From Phaeosaccion multiseriatum (taxonomy: Eukaryota; Protista; Ochrophyta, other classes), in contig OZ218957.1 in the NCBI GenBank assembly GCA_965112735.1, positions 2,542,001-2,606,000 of the forward strand: a stretch of 64,000 nucleotides of DNA, given 5' to 3'. This document shows positions 38,285-50,676 of this stretch, piece after piece. The first letter of the stretch is position 1. Every line of letters begins with the position of its first letter. A program made the position numbers and the translations under genes. The notes under the pieces are model-generated. The model saw only the letters and a list, made by a program, of their open reading frames with translations. It did not search any database and was not told the DNA's origin.

Positions 38285-39361
38285 TCAGTCTTGGCAGTTG
38301 CAGGGGTGTCCATTGGCATGAACCCACTGCTTCATTTCTTCAAAGGCGGCGGCAGGGGCAATATCCCAGTCCTCATCACCAAGCTTATTTTTCAAGTACT
38401 GTGGGCATCCATAGCTTTCCCAGGGACACATGACCTCCTCCGATCGGAGCCATTTGAGGACGGAGAGGCTCTTCCCGTGATACACTGCGTGAAAAGAGAC
38501 GTATGTGTCCCACCTGCACAGGTCCCGTGCGTTTGCATGCAGCCATTGCAGCACTTCCAGATTGTCTGCTCCGGCCGCCCAGGCAGACCCATCCTTCCAC
38601 TCGCTGCTTAATCTCTGCGTCGCCTCAATCTTTGGTCTGACCTTTGGATGGTGGAGCACCCACTCGATCACAGAAATACGCCCCGACAGGACAGCGAGTT
38701 CCAAGATTCTAGAGCAGAATGGCGCGTTCACCTCGTCGGTAAGGAGCCACTCCAGCATCTCCAGCTTCCCCCGCCCAGCTGCTTCCTCACCGACCCGCCA
38801 GTCCCACGGGCACCTCTCTTTGTCGGGCAAGTCCTCCGTCCGCAGCCATTGGAGGATGCTGAGTCCGTGCCTCTCATTCCTTTCAGCAGCCCTACACACA
38901 CTCCCATCCCAGGCACAGCCCATGCTGTGAAGAGCCTTGCAGACACCCACATCTCCGAACTCTGCTGCATTTTCAAACGTCTTAATACCCAGCTCATACC
39001 CGTACTTCCTGGCCCACCTCAAGCGCTCCGCTGACTCTATCACTCTCCTGACTCGGGTCATTTTGACCGGATAGAGATGTCGGTAGTGTCTCTTCCACTC
39101 TTTGCTCACCGCCGCCACGAAGAAGTCGTCACCCCCACCAGTCCACTCCATGACTATACTCAGCAATACAGACTGAGCCAGGACCTGTGCACAAGCTTCG
39201 AAGGTCTCACCATAGCTTGCCTCGCTTCCAATAAGGGCGGCGGGATGGGGAGCAGCTGCCACGGCGGCACTGGCACCACCACCTCTATGCGAAAATCCTG
39301 AGTCGGCGGGGGGAGCTGGCTGGAGCCGCTTACCGCCCTGCTTTTGGTCCGGGCCATCCAT
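38285..39361 (-). CDS. Intronless protein with divergent ankyrin-like xCPWD repeats, a type common in algae and giant viruses
   Basis: Repeats MGCAWDGSVCRAAE, RCPWDWRVGEEAAGRGKLEMLEWL, NLEVLQWLHAN, MCPWE after an F-box-like AAVSKEWK segment. ATG at 39361; an upstream in-frame ATG at 39514 lies in the MITE terminal repeat. Confidence 0.7.
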   Translation of the reverse strand: MDGPDQKQGGKRLQPAPPADSGFSHRGGGASAAVAAAPHPAALIGSEASYGETFEACAQVLAQSVLLSIVMEWTGGGDDFFVAAVSKEWKRHYRHLYPVKMTRVRRVIESAERLRWARKYGYELGIKTFENAAEFGDVGVCKALHSMGCAWDGSVCRAAERNERHGLSILQWLRTEDLPDKERCPWDWRVGEEAAGRGKLEMLEWLLTDEVNAPFCSRILELAVLSGRISVIEWVLHHPKVRPKIEATQRLSSEWKDGSAWAAGADNLEVLQWLHANARDLCRWDTYVSFHAVYHGKSLSVLKWLRSEEVMCPWESYGCPQYLKNKLGDEDWDIAPAAAFEEMKQWVHANGHPCNCQD

Positions 39362-39501
39362 ATTTTCTACCGTCCCACTCCGTATGGGTGCAGATGGGGC
39401 GATGTGGCGATGTGGCGACGTGGCGATGTGGCGATGTGTGGGGAAAACCATAGTGAATTTGAATTTATAATAAGGGGGACACTCAGCAGTTGGTGCTACA
39501 G

Positions 39502-39909
39502 CGGCCCCATGCACGCCTAGCGGCCTAGGCCTATTTTGGAAAATTGCCCGGCCTAGCGAGGGCCGTAGGCCCGCGGCCTAGGGCAGACGCCAACTAGGCG
39601 CAGGTCCAGGGCGGGAATATGCTCATATGCCCCTGCCTTGGCTGGCCCGGAACCCGCGCAAGTGTCGTCAGTTTTAAGCAAATGTATTGCATGGGATAAG
39701 TGAGGAGTAGACTTGGTTCGTGTTGTCTCTTTCCGCCTCGCTGGCCCTACGAGGAGTGCAGGCCTACAGGTGTGCTGCTACCCACTGGCTGGGCGGCACC
39801 ACGCACGCGCCCACGGTCACTGGGAGGCTGCCTAGAGGCGGGCTATAGGCCGCCTAGGGCTGAAAAGTGAGCGGCCTAGAGCCTAGGCCGCTAGGCGTTC
39901 ACGGGGCCG
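39502..39909. mobile_element. MITE-like element, 408 bp
   Basis: 29-bp terminal inverted repeats 39502-39530 and 39881-39909 (2 mismatches), multiple internal GCCTAG/CTAGGC motifs, AG on both flanks. Confidence 0.75.
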
Positions 39910-40468
39910 AGCAGCAGCCATGAAGCGACAAAAGAAACTTGAACAATGGAATCCCCTCTTCATTTATCCAAGTATCCTAATAAGATTTTAAAAACGTCTC
40001 GTATCGCCAACCTGCTGTGTTCCCTTTCCCCGCCTTCAACAGCTCTCACCTATTTACAAAGAACCCGTCTTGCTTATACTCGTCGCAGTATTTGGGCTCC
40101 CCCTCCTTCCTATCCCTCCCATCGCCCCCCTTACACTCACCCACGCATCGTAATAGGAGCACTCACTCGGCTCCTCCACGCCCCTCGCGCGCTGCCGTGT
40201 CAGTCAGTGCCAAGCACCCCCCTCTCTTCATCCTTTCACTCCTTCCTCGCCTCTCGCTCACCGGTGTGGACTCACTCTCCGAGCGATGAGCTTCTCCCCC
40301 ATTTTCACGCCGTCGTCTTCTCTACGCCTCGGATCCAGGCGTGGCTTGTCTGCGGTGGCGTGCTTCTCTTCCCCTCCCTCCCTGTCAGCCCTCAAGCCTT
40401 CAGCCTTAACTCTGCTCCTTCCCTCTGCCTCTGCAAAGTCTGCCGTAGCTCTCCTTCTCTCTCTTTCT

Positions 40469-40928
40469 CTATGCCTTCAAGTCCCTCAGCCTGGCCTCCA
40501 CCTCGGCAAGCTTTTCCGCATTGACTCGCTGCCTCTCCGGCACTGACGCAGCCAGCTCCAACTCAGCAGCCTTCTCCTCGTCCTTCCCCTCTTCTTCCGC
40601 CCCGACCACAGCCTCAGTAACTGCCACGGCCTCTCCTCCGCCTTGCGCTGCTACTGCCCCACCCGCACCGCTTTCATCCTTCTCCTTGGCCTCGCCGTTC
40701 TCCTGCTGCATCAGATCCACCCCAAAGGGCAGCGACTCACCCAGTTGGGAGAGGGAAGAGGGTGGCTCCACGTCGAGCTCGACCATTCGCTCTCGAATCG
40801 CCGACAAGTCCTTCAGCCACACTCCTCCCCCGTCGTCGCCCGCCCCCAGCGAAGGCGCTTGTGCCTCTCCCCCTCCTGCTGGTCCTCCTGCTCCTCCACT
40901 GCTGCTGCTGCTGCTACCACTGCCAGTG

Positions 40929-40963
<35 letters not shown>

Positions 40964-43900
40964 AGGGTTCGGTACATCTGCCCCCAAAGCCACGTCCATC
41001 TCCAGCGCCTTGAGCTTACGCGTAAAGTCCAGCACCGCGTCGGCCGCCCTCTTCTTCTCCGTGGCCAGGTCCGTACCTCTGTCCGAGAGCATGAGCTGCT
41101 CCTCCATGAGTCGGCGCACCATGAGGGAGGGCGAGAGCTTCTTCTTCATCCCCTTCATCCCCTTGGCCCCCTTCCCTCCCCCCATCTTGCCGCTCAAATG
41201 CTCGGCCACCTGTCGTCCCTCCGAAGGAAGGGGTTGCCCCTCCAGCGCCCCTTCCAACGCAGCGATGCAGGTAGAGAGGTCTGACTCCTTCTCAAGCGCC
41301 GCCACCAGTGCATCAAAGGCAGCCTGATGCTCCTTGATGAGGAGGGTCGCCTGCACCGCCGACCACCGCGCTTGCTTGCGAATCTCCTCAAAGCCGAAGG
41401 GCGGGGCAATGGTGCTGAGGATACTGATGAGAGCAGCCTCGTCCGCCATACCACCCTCGGCTTTGCCGTAGGTGCCCGCCTCTGCGGCGATTCCCGCCAT
41501 GAGAATGATGCTGGTGCGAGGTTTGAGTTTGAGTTTTTGGCACATTGAGCGTGAGTGTGAGTACCACATGTGTGTGGTGGTGGGGGGGTGATTGCATAGA
41601 GACAATGAATAGACCGAGGGTCAGGGGGGCGGTGGGTGGGAGGGTGAAGAAGGCAGAAGAAGGGAAGGGATGGGGGCGGGTCAGAAATGGGGCGAGAGGG
41701 AGGGGGGGGTTGTTGGACTTTTCAGTGTATGGCCATGATCAACATCAGTCAGTCTCAGTCAGCGTGGGTAGAGTTCTTAGTCTCAGTTCATTGGCCTTGA
41801 CGAGAGAGAGAGAGCATCAAGCAGAGTAGATTGTGGCCTGGCTGCTCATCGACGGAGCTGTGGGGCTGTGCTGTGTTGCTCACCTGAACCTGTCGATAGT
41901 GCCCCGCTTGATGCTGCCCGTCATCATCTGCTTTGCAAACATGGGGTCGGAGAACACTGCAGAGAGAGAGGGGGAGGGAGAGAGGCGGAGGGAGGGAGGG
42001 GGAGGGAGGGAGAGAAGGAGGGAGGGGGGGGGGAGGGCGACGGGGAGGGGGGGGAGAGAGAGATAAGAGGGGGAGGGGGACACAGGAGGCGAGTAAGCCA
42101 TAGGGAGAGAGGACTAGAGGGGGGCGAAGGAGGACGAAAGAGAAGGGAAGGTCCGAAAAGGCATGAAACACCCCTGCCCCGCACGGGATGCACGTTCATC
42201 AGCTTTCCCCTCCCTGCGTGTACGTGGAAGTGCGTAACGTCCTCGCCATACCTGTCCCTCCTTGTCCGACGGCACCGTTCTTGGCCTGCTTCCAGACCCA
42301 AGGGTTGACCACGCAGCCCTGCACAGGGCAGCCCATGAGATAGGCCAGCAGGAAGTGCCCCGCCTGGAGAGAGGATGGCAGCGGATGGGGAGGAGGAGGA
42401 GGAGGAGGAGGAGGAGGAGGAGGAGGAGGAGGAGGAGGAGGAGGAGGAGGAGGAGGAGGAGACGCATCATCGGTCATCGACAGAGAGCAATACGAGAGCG
42501 CAGGACAGATCCAAGGACATAAGGCAGGACTCCTACAGAGAGGGAGAGACTAGACAGAGGGCTCGCTACGGCAGTGGGGGGGGGGGGGGGGCAGAGCCCG
42601 AGCCCTTCGGAGTCTTCAGACCTCGCACCCTGCTGCCCCTACCTGCTGGCCCCAATCCAAGGGGCACAGGCAAGAGTGGGTGACTCTCTCTTGTCTCTGT
42701 CTCTCCCTCTTCCTGACAGACTGATCCACAGACTGACTCTGTCCGTCTGACTGACAGACAGGCTGACTCCCCGTCACTCCTACTCCCTCCCACTCCCTCT
42801 GACTCCCTCCCACAGACGACCCACCTCATGCACAATAATCTTCCTCCTGTACTCCGGCATGACTTTCTGCGCGAGCGTTTCAAAGGCGGCGCCCTTGAGC
42901 AGCAACCTGTCCGCCACAAACAAGCCTGCGGTCCACGGGATCACCGTCTGCATGGGGTCGATGCCCGCCAGACTGGCACCCACAAACTCGGCTGTGGGGT
43001 TGGTTGTTGGGGTTGGGGTCGAGGTTGGGGTGGTTAGTTATGATGAGGCCACAGACAGTTGGTGGTACAGCAACAGGGTCAGAGACAACAAGAAAGGCAG
43101 GATCTGTGCTGCGGAGACGGATGAAGAGAGAGGAAGGGAGAGAGGGAGAGCGAGGGGGGAGAGAGGAGACGAGAGGGAGAGAGAGGGAAAGAGAAAGCGA
43201 CGAGGCAGGAAAACGCCTGGGAGGGGCGCTCTACCTATCCTCATCCCCGCCCGACGCTCTGCCATCATCCATCATATCCGAGGCGACGGGCCACCCCTCC
43301 CTCTCGAGGACAAGAAGAGCAGTCGAGCCCGTGCAGCCAAGGCCGCTCCCTCGCCATCCAGCAACACTTCTCTCTCTCGTTCCCTCCCCTCCCTCACTAC
43401 CATCACTACAATCACTCCCTCACTCCCTCACTCCCCCACTCACTCACTCCCTCACTCACTCACTTACCCAGACAGAGGGCCACCCCGGCATAGAGCCACA
43501 TGTTTTCCTTATTGCCCGGGGTGAGCGCGTTCATCTCCATTCCGGTGAGCTCCTCCAGCAGAGAGGGCGAAATGTCTCGGCGGTCCTCCGGTAGAAGGTC
43601 CAGCCCGATGCTGCCGTATGCGCGGAGGAAGCCGCGGTTACTGCCGTGGGGGAGGGGATGGGAGGAAGGGAGCGGCAGGTGGTCAGGCAAACAGATCAGT
43701 TCTCCTGTCCTGCCGCCCTCCGCCTTCTCACTCACTCCTCACTCACTCACCTCATCTCATCGTATATGGCGTCCAGCGTCTCCTCATCTGCCTGATTCAC
43801 CCCCGCCCCTGCGGCGTTGTTGAAGGAGTTGTCGGGTGCCATCTCCTTCGCGACCATGTCCTGCGCCACCCTCTCCAGCAGGGTCAGCCCCCGCTCCTTG

Positions 43901-44409
43901 GTGAGCCCAATCTTATCACTCACTCCCGATTGCAACATCTTTACGGCGGCGGGCACCGAGGCCATGGACTTGTCATCCATTAAGGCATTGAACTTGGCCG
44001 TGATTACCTCGTCCACTTCTGAAGAGCTGCCCCCACTCTCGTTCTCCTCTTGTGATGCTCGCAAGGATAACGTGCGGCGGCTCCTTCGAGCCAGCCGGCC
44101 GTGGCTCCACGAGTGCCGCTGCTCGCCTCCCGGCCGCACTGCAGTCGGGTCTCCTCGACTTAATCCGGCTGCGCCCCCCAATGCCGCTGCTCGACTTAAT
44201 ACACCGCCTCTTTCTGCCATATGTGTCGCCCTGGCCGGGGAGGCAATGTGCGATGGTGCCATCTGGAAGCCATTGGCGCCCACACCGAGAAGCACAAGCA
44301 GCAGTGGAAGGCGAATACTGTTGCTGCTGCCGCCGCTGCTCGCATTGCTGCTGCAATCACAAGCCCCGCGCTCCCTCCTGGCACTCCGCCTGTTTCTTGG
44401 CTCGGTCAT
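40469..44409 (-). CDS. Plastid-type M41-like zinc metalloprotease homologue (VIR3/At5g27290-like), multi-exon
   Basis: YRRKIIVHE|AGHFLLAYLMGCPVQG (HEXXH split by an intron), SIILMAGIAAE..YGKAEGGMADE; N-terminal hydrophobic stretch followed by ANG-FQMAP. Confidence 0.8.
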
Positions 44410-44629
44410 CCCCCCCTCGCTTCCCCTTTCCCCTTCGATGGAACTGCCGATGCGTGTCCCTACCCCCGGTTTGTTTATATCAAAGCAAGCGACTACACAC
44501 ACAGCACGTAGCGGAGCGGTTCTTCTCTCTGAATCAGCAGGAAGCTGGTGTTGAGGGTTAGGTTTCCGACACGCGATGAAGGCCCCCCTTTTCAAAAATA
44601 AAGCAATAAGGCCCGATCAAAGCTTTTTG

Positions 44630-45461
44630 ATGGATAGCGTGAACGTATCATCAGGACTCTACGGCCCTTCCGCCGTGCATTGTCTGCCGTGCACCATACA
44701 CCACGACGGTATTGCGCCCATCGCCACTTACTTCCGCCCCGAGGGAAAGAGCCAGGGGCGGGCAGAGGGGGAGTCGAAGGAACAGGAGAAGCAGCAGCAG
44801 CAACAGCAGCAGCAACAGCAGCAGCAGGACGAGAATCTTCGGGCTGCTTTCCGGGGGCGAGAACTGATGTGAGTGGGTGGGGTTTCTCCGCCCCCCCCTC
44901 TCTCTTCCTCTCTCTTCCTCTCTCTCCGTGCCTCACCCTTGTTTTTTTCTTTTCTCTCCTGTCTCTTTCTCCCTCTCTGCCTCAATGTGTTCTCTCTGTG
45001 TGTGTGCCTCTCTCTGTGTGTGTTTCTCTCTCTCTATGTGCCTCTGTGCTCTCTCTCTCTCTCTCTTTCTTTCTTTCTCGCTCTCTCTCCCTCTCTCCCT
45101 CTCTCTCCCTCTCTCTCTCTCTCGCTCTCTCTCTCCCTCCTCGCCTCTCCCACACTCCCACCTGTCATCCAGCGGCAAGGAGCGACCCTTACCTCCCAAC
45201 ACGAATGGCATAGTTCTTCAGGAAAGCCGGCGGCCAGAAGCAACTGGCGGCGGTGGAGAGGACGAGTACGGCGATGAAAACCACAACCTCACGCACCATC
45301 AGGCCACCCCTTCTTCTTCGGAGAAGGGCGGGCGGTACTGGGCGGTGGAGAGCTGCTTCGAGAAGACGACTGTGTGGGGGCACGACGCCGAGGCAGACGA
45401 CTCGCCGATGGACCGGGCGCTGCACTGGATGAGCGTGGCCGCTGCCGTGCACGACCCTTAA
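44630..45461 (+). CDS. RNASEH2C: Ribonuclease H2 subunit C
   Basis: VHCLPCTIHHDGIAPIATYF, AAFRGREL, intron 44869-45172, LPPNTNGIVL, TVWGHD, ALHWMSVAAAVH. Confidence 0.9.
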
Positions 45462-45920
45462 TTACGAATGATAATGTTATCATTTAGGCACCACCTTAAC
45501 AGCACCAAACACCACCAGAGCAACGCACCCGAGCAGCTACGGCACGAGGAGGCACGTGCTGATTGGTGTACCTATAGAGACAGGCACCAAAGCAGACCTC
45601 CTCCAGCCGCCCCACCCTCTGGTCTGTCTTGTATTGAGCTGCAAAGTGCAGGGTACCGTGGGTGGAAAGGTCCACCCCACTTTGCACACTGATGAACTTC
45701 CGCAGTTGAATGTGATTGTTTTGACCTTGGAGTCAGGAAGGTCACTAGAGGGGAGAGAGGGTAGGGAGAAGGGCGGCGTGCGCTGATGCACTGAGGGAGG
45801 TTTGATTGCCTCTCCACTGATGCGTGCAATAGCGCTGTTATCTTATGAGCTGAGAGGGATCGGTTTTCACGCGTCCTGTGCACTCACGGACCTTCTCTAT
45901 GTGTGTGAGTACGGTGCTGG

Positions 45921-46022
45921 AGTCGACCCCTGACGCACTATCCGCTATCCGCTATCGCCGGCGCCAGCCGGCACGCTCTCCGGTCTCCGCTACCGAGAAT
46001 GTGGGTGCGTCAGGGGTCGACT
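45921..46022. mobile_element. 102-bp element with perfect 18-bp terminal inverted repeats (mini-MITE or hairpin)
   Basis: AGTCGACCCCTGACGCAC (45921-45938) and GTGCGTCAGGGGTCGACT (46005-46022). Confidence 0.55.
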
Positions 46023-46227
46023 GGTCGGCCCAATCCACTAACTAATTACAAATTACTCTTAGTAGGCAGACATAGATGGCAGCAGAGGGTGAAAACCCTT
46101 TCCCCTTCCCCCTTCATCTCCCCCCCCCCCGAAGAATAGCAGCACTCAAGCTCTCTTGAATTGGACGAAGGAGGAGCATAAGCTCTGAATAGAGGCTGTC
46201 GAGGCTCGCGTGGAGCGAAGGAGCAGG

Positions 46228-47922
46228 ATGGGCAAGAGGAGAAGACGCGATGATGACAGCGACAGCTCCAGCAGCGACGGCAATAGCAGCAGCAGCAGCG
46301 AAGAGAGACATAAAAAGAAGTCCCACAAGAAGGAGAAGAAGGACAAGAAGTCCAAGAAGGAGAAGAAATCTAAGAAGGAAAAGAAGCCAAGGAAGGACAG
46401 CAAGGGGGGCAAGGATCGGGAGAGGAGTAAGAGCAGCGGAGGAGGCGGAGGCGGAGGAGGAGGAGGAGGAGCCAAAGATGGGGCATCATGGGCGTCCGTT
46501 ACGACCTCAACACCGCGCACAGTGCCTGAGGACCAGCAGCTGAAGGAGAGCGACTATTTCCTCAAGGCGACGGAGTTCAAGATTTGGCTGTTCCAGGGGA
46601 GGGGCAAGTACTTCGAGGACCTGAGCTCGGACGAGACACACCGCCTCTTCAACGACCGCTTCGCCAAGGATTGGAACAGAGGGTTGCTCGCCGATCGATT
46701 CTACGCCGCCAGCTTCAGCGAGGAGGAGACGACGGCCGCAAAGAAGACGCGGCACAAGTGGGGCTTTGTCAACAAAATGTCCACTAGGGACAAGCTCCTG
46801 TTAGAGAACGCCAACCACTCCGTCAGCCGGAGCACGGAGGCGACGGTCGGAGGAGCAGGAGCACCAGCAGCAGCAGCTGGAGGAGGAGGGATAGGGAGAG
46901 GGGCGATGCTTCCACCCAGGGGTGTGGCCGTGCACGGGCCATCCGGGTCCAAGGCCCAGCGACCAAAGGTGGCTCCTCGCGAGCGGGACGCCTCAGCCGA
47001 TGAGAGGGAGCTGCGAAGAGGGGAGCAGCGCCAGGTGAGACAGCCAGCCAGTCAGTCAGTCAGTCCGTCAGTCAGTCATTGAGTCAGTGAGGGTGGGTGG
47101 GTGGGTGGGTGGGAGGTTCATCACGTGGCTCACCCCCCCCAATCCCCCATACCCACACCTTCCCCACCACCACCACCCACGACCAACCCCCCCTCCACCA
47201 CCCCCCAGGCCAATCTGAAGGTACGCAGGGCCGTTACAGAACATCTTGACGACATTGCCCCTAAAGAGACGGGTCGTCAGGCAGCCCTCGACAAGCGCAA
47301 GGAAGTAGGCAGCCGGACACACGGAGCAGCCAACGACAGGGAAGCAGCGAGGGATGGGCTGGCCTTGTCTGAGAAGATCACCATGGGAGGGGTGAGTGAG
47401 TGAGTGAGTGAGTGAGTGAGTGAGTGAGTGAGTGAGTGAGTGAGTGAGTGAGTGAGTGAGAGTGAGATTGCGAGGTTGAGGGGAGGAGTGAGTGAGTGAG
47501 TGAGAGAGTGCGAGGGTGAGCATGGTGGGAGGGTGGGGTGAGTTAGGAGTGGTGGGTTCTGTGTTGATAGGTAAGAAGAAAGACCTTATGCGCCATTTTG
47601 CTTGGCGCCTCGGGCTACTCCTTCCTTGTTCCTTTGCTTTGTTCTCCATCCCCTCTCTCACCTCTGCTCTCCTCTGCTACAACAATGCAATGAACAAACA
47701 TTACGACACACACACACATCGCACATCACCATGCAGGGAGACTCCTACCAAGAGGCGGTGGCCAAGCAGCGCATGCGGCAGTCCCGCAAAGAGGGCGCCA
47801 AGGAGGACCGAATGGCGATGCTCAGGCAGAAGGAGGAGGATAAGAGGGCCGCCTTTATGAAGCAGATGGGCCTGCAGCCTGGCCAGAAGGTGCAGATGAA
47901 GCCCCGCCCGGAGACAGGATGA
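46228..47922 (+). CDS. SCI1 (style cell-cycle inhibitor 1)-like nuclear protein, 3 exons
   Basis: Lys-rich N-terminus, then DYFLKATEFKIWL..YFEDLSSDETHRLF..FAKDWNRGLL..FY; introns approx 47035-47208 and 47392-47736. Confidence 0.75.
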
Positions 47923-49047
47923 CGATACGTGATGTGTTACGTAAGAAGTTGGAGGTGAGGAGAGCGTAGGTGGGTAAGGGGCGTGGGAAGGGGGAGAGGG
48001 AGTGAAGACGCTCAAGGCAGAAAGAAGAGGAGGGCATTGTGGATGAAAGGAGTGGACTAGTGAGTGGATGTCCAAGCTCCTCTGCCCTTCTCTCTCTCCC
48101 TCTCTCCCTCCCTGCTGCTGGTGTGCTGCTCTTGGTTTGCTTTGCTCTCTCTGGGGGGGAGGGCTAAGGCAGGGGGGTACCCTCTGAACGGGCTCTCGAG
48201 GAGCCCGTCTTTAAACTCAATGGTATGAAACCAAGTTCTGACGCTGACAATCAACGGAGACTTTCCCTCTGGCCCGTGCCTTTGCAACTGCTGCATCACC
48301 ACCTGCTGCGGCTCTTCTTCCTGCTGAGGACCCAGCAGAGGGATCCCGTCCATACAGCGCCACGGCAGCAACAGCAGCGTATAACCAACTGCTGCTGCTG
48401 CTGCTGCTGCTGCTGCCTGCCCCATGTGGCTGGGACAAGGGTGGGGAGGAAGAGCAACAGCCTCCAGTAATAGAATTGGAGCACAACAGCGATTGGTTTG
48501 GTAGTCGGTCGTAACAGTAAGCGGTATTTTCGAGTGGGTGAATTCGTTCATTCATCGTATTCCTTGCTGAGGAGGAAGGCTGCAAGAGATCGGCCTTCCT
48601 TACTGTATTACGCCTATCTCTTCTACTCCGCCGTGTATGGTAGTGTCTTGTCACACTCTCCTCTTTCCTTTTTGGGTCCAGCACTACCCCCAGCAGAAGT
48701 ATCATTCCCTCCCCAAATTAAGTCCGTCCACCCGCCCTGACTCATCTCCGCGTCTCCCCTCCGTGATATCCGTCCTGCCGCTGCAGCAGTAGCACCAAGC
48801 AGCAGCAGTAAGCAGCAGCGCCTAGCTCCAGATCGACGACCCTGACATGTTGACCCCGCGCCAAAGCCAAAGCCTCACAGGAGCCCCCTCTCAAACCCCC
48901 ACAGCAGTAGCATCGTAGTAGAGCAACGATCCATCCGCAATCATCCCAAAAATCGGACATATCCAAGCTCCATCGCACGCAGCTTACCGTTCTCTGCGTG
49001 TGCCCGACCAACGCCCTCCTCCCCTCCCCCTCCAGATCTTCCCATCT

Positions 49048-49425
49048 TTACATACGGCCTCTACCTCTGCTCGATCCCCTTCCTCGCATACCCCTTCCTC
49101 TCCCGCGCCCCCTGCCCCCCGCTGCTCCTCGCCCTGCTCCCGCCTTGCCTGCTGCTGGCGCCTTTTGTTTTGGCCCGTCATCGATGAGAAGCTGGTCAAG
49201 GTTCAGACTATCGGCTAATATATAACAGCGGATGTTGTTCCCTCGGATGCTTAGGCTGTCGTAGTGCACCGTGCTCTTGCCCTTCGGAGTCACCTTGACG
49301 TTCTTTAGGTGAGTGTTCATCGACACATCCACCCCTGCCACCGTTCCCGTCACCGTGCTGCCGTTCTTAAGTTCGATTGTCACCGTCTCTGTGTTCAGCT
49401 TCATCAAGAAGCGAACGAGCTTCAT
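49048..49425 (-). CDS. SNRPD1: Small nuclear ribonucleoprotein Sm D1
   Basis: [57 protein letters not shown] plus an RG-repeat tail. Confidence 0.97.
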   Translation of the reverse strand: MKLVRFLMKLNTETVTIELKNGSTVTGTVAGVDVSMNTHLKNVKVTPKGKSTVHYDSLSIRGNNIRCYILADSLNLDQLLIDDGPKQKAPAAGKAGAGRGAAGGRGRGRGRGMRGRGSSRGRGRM

Positions 49426-50173
49426 GGTGACTGTTCTATGCTACGACGACTGCTGCTGCTGCTACTCCGTCTGCCTGGGTGCTGTGGAGGGACGCCTCGA
49501 CAGCCCCAAAGCCTGGGCGTGCCCTTGCTCCGGTGAGACACAGCGGATACAGAAAAAACGGTGTATAGCTCGATCAAGCCGTGGTGATGAGTTGCTGGCA
49601 ACAAGAAGAGCAAGCTGTGTAGCACACAGAGAAAATGCAAAAGCTTATAAACGCTGCAGCGACTTCTCCCTCTCGATCAAGGAATCTCCAGGGGGGGGGA
49701 TAAATCGATCTCGACATTAGAATCGACCTCGCAATTTCCTCCTCTTCTCCTCCTCCTTCTTCTCTCTATTACTTACTCTGCTGTGGCCGCATTCAAGCAG
49801 CACACAGCACGCACGCATCCACACCCCCACACCCTCGTCCTCGGGAGTGGCATGGTATCACATCAACCCACCCCCCCCCTCCGCTTCTATCAATTATAGT
49901 ATCGACTGATCATCTGCTAGTGCAAGCTGTTATCGTACTTCTCATCGTATCGCTATACCGTACAACTAGAAGAAGGGACCTGTAACCGTCCCCCCTCCCC
50001 TCCCCTGCTCTCCCACCTCTTCGCGGTCCACCCTCCCACCCCACCCGGCCATGTACAGATGGTGTCGATGCCGCCTCGGGTTTGGGTACGGTAGGTCCGT
50101 GGGTGGGTAGGTAGTTGGACAGGTGGATAGGTAAGAAGGTGGGTAGGTTATTCGGTGGGTTGGTACTATTCAT

Positions 50174-50640
50174 TCAGGCCGTTGATTGCCCTCTATTTTT
50201 TTGCCTTCTTCGCCACGGGCTCTGCTTCTTTCTCTGCCGGGGAGCGACGGATACACGAAACACACACACGAGGCAGTCGGCAATCAGGTATGCAGGCAAA
50301 AGTGTGAAGAGTCAGTACTGTGCTGCAGAAGGTGAGAGAGGGACAGACCTCGGGACATAGACCGCGATACAGATATACATATACAGAGTGAGAGAGCCAG
50401 GGGGGGAGAGAGATATATAGAGGTAGGGAAAGAGAGATAGAGACAGAGAGAGAGAGAAAGAAAGAGAGAAAAGAACGAGAGAGAGATGATGCAAGGGCTG
50501 GTAGCGAACGAACCCACTACTGTGAGGCCGTGTGACAGTGACTGCTTGTGCGTGTGACATGTGCATGTATATGCATGCGCCTGTGCGTGTGTGTATATGT
50601 GTGTATATGTGTGTGTGTGTGTGTATGTGTGTGTGTGTGT

Positions 50641-50676
<36 letters not shown>

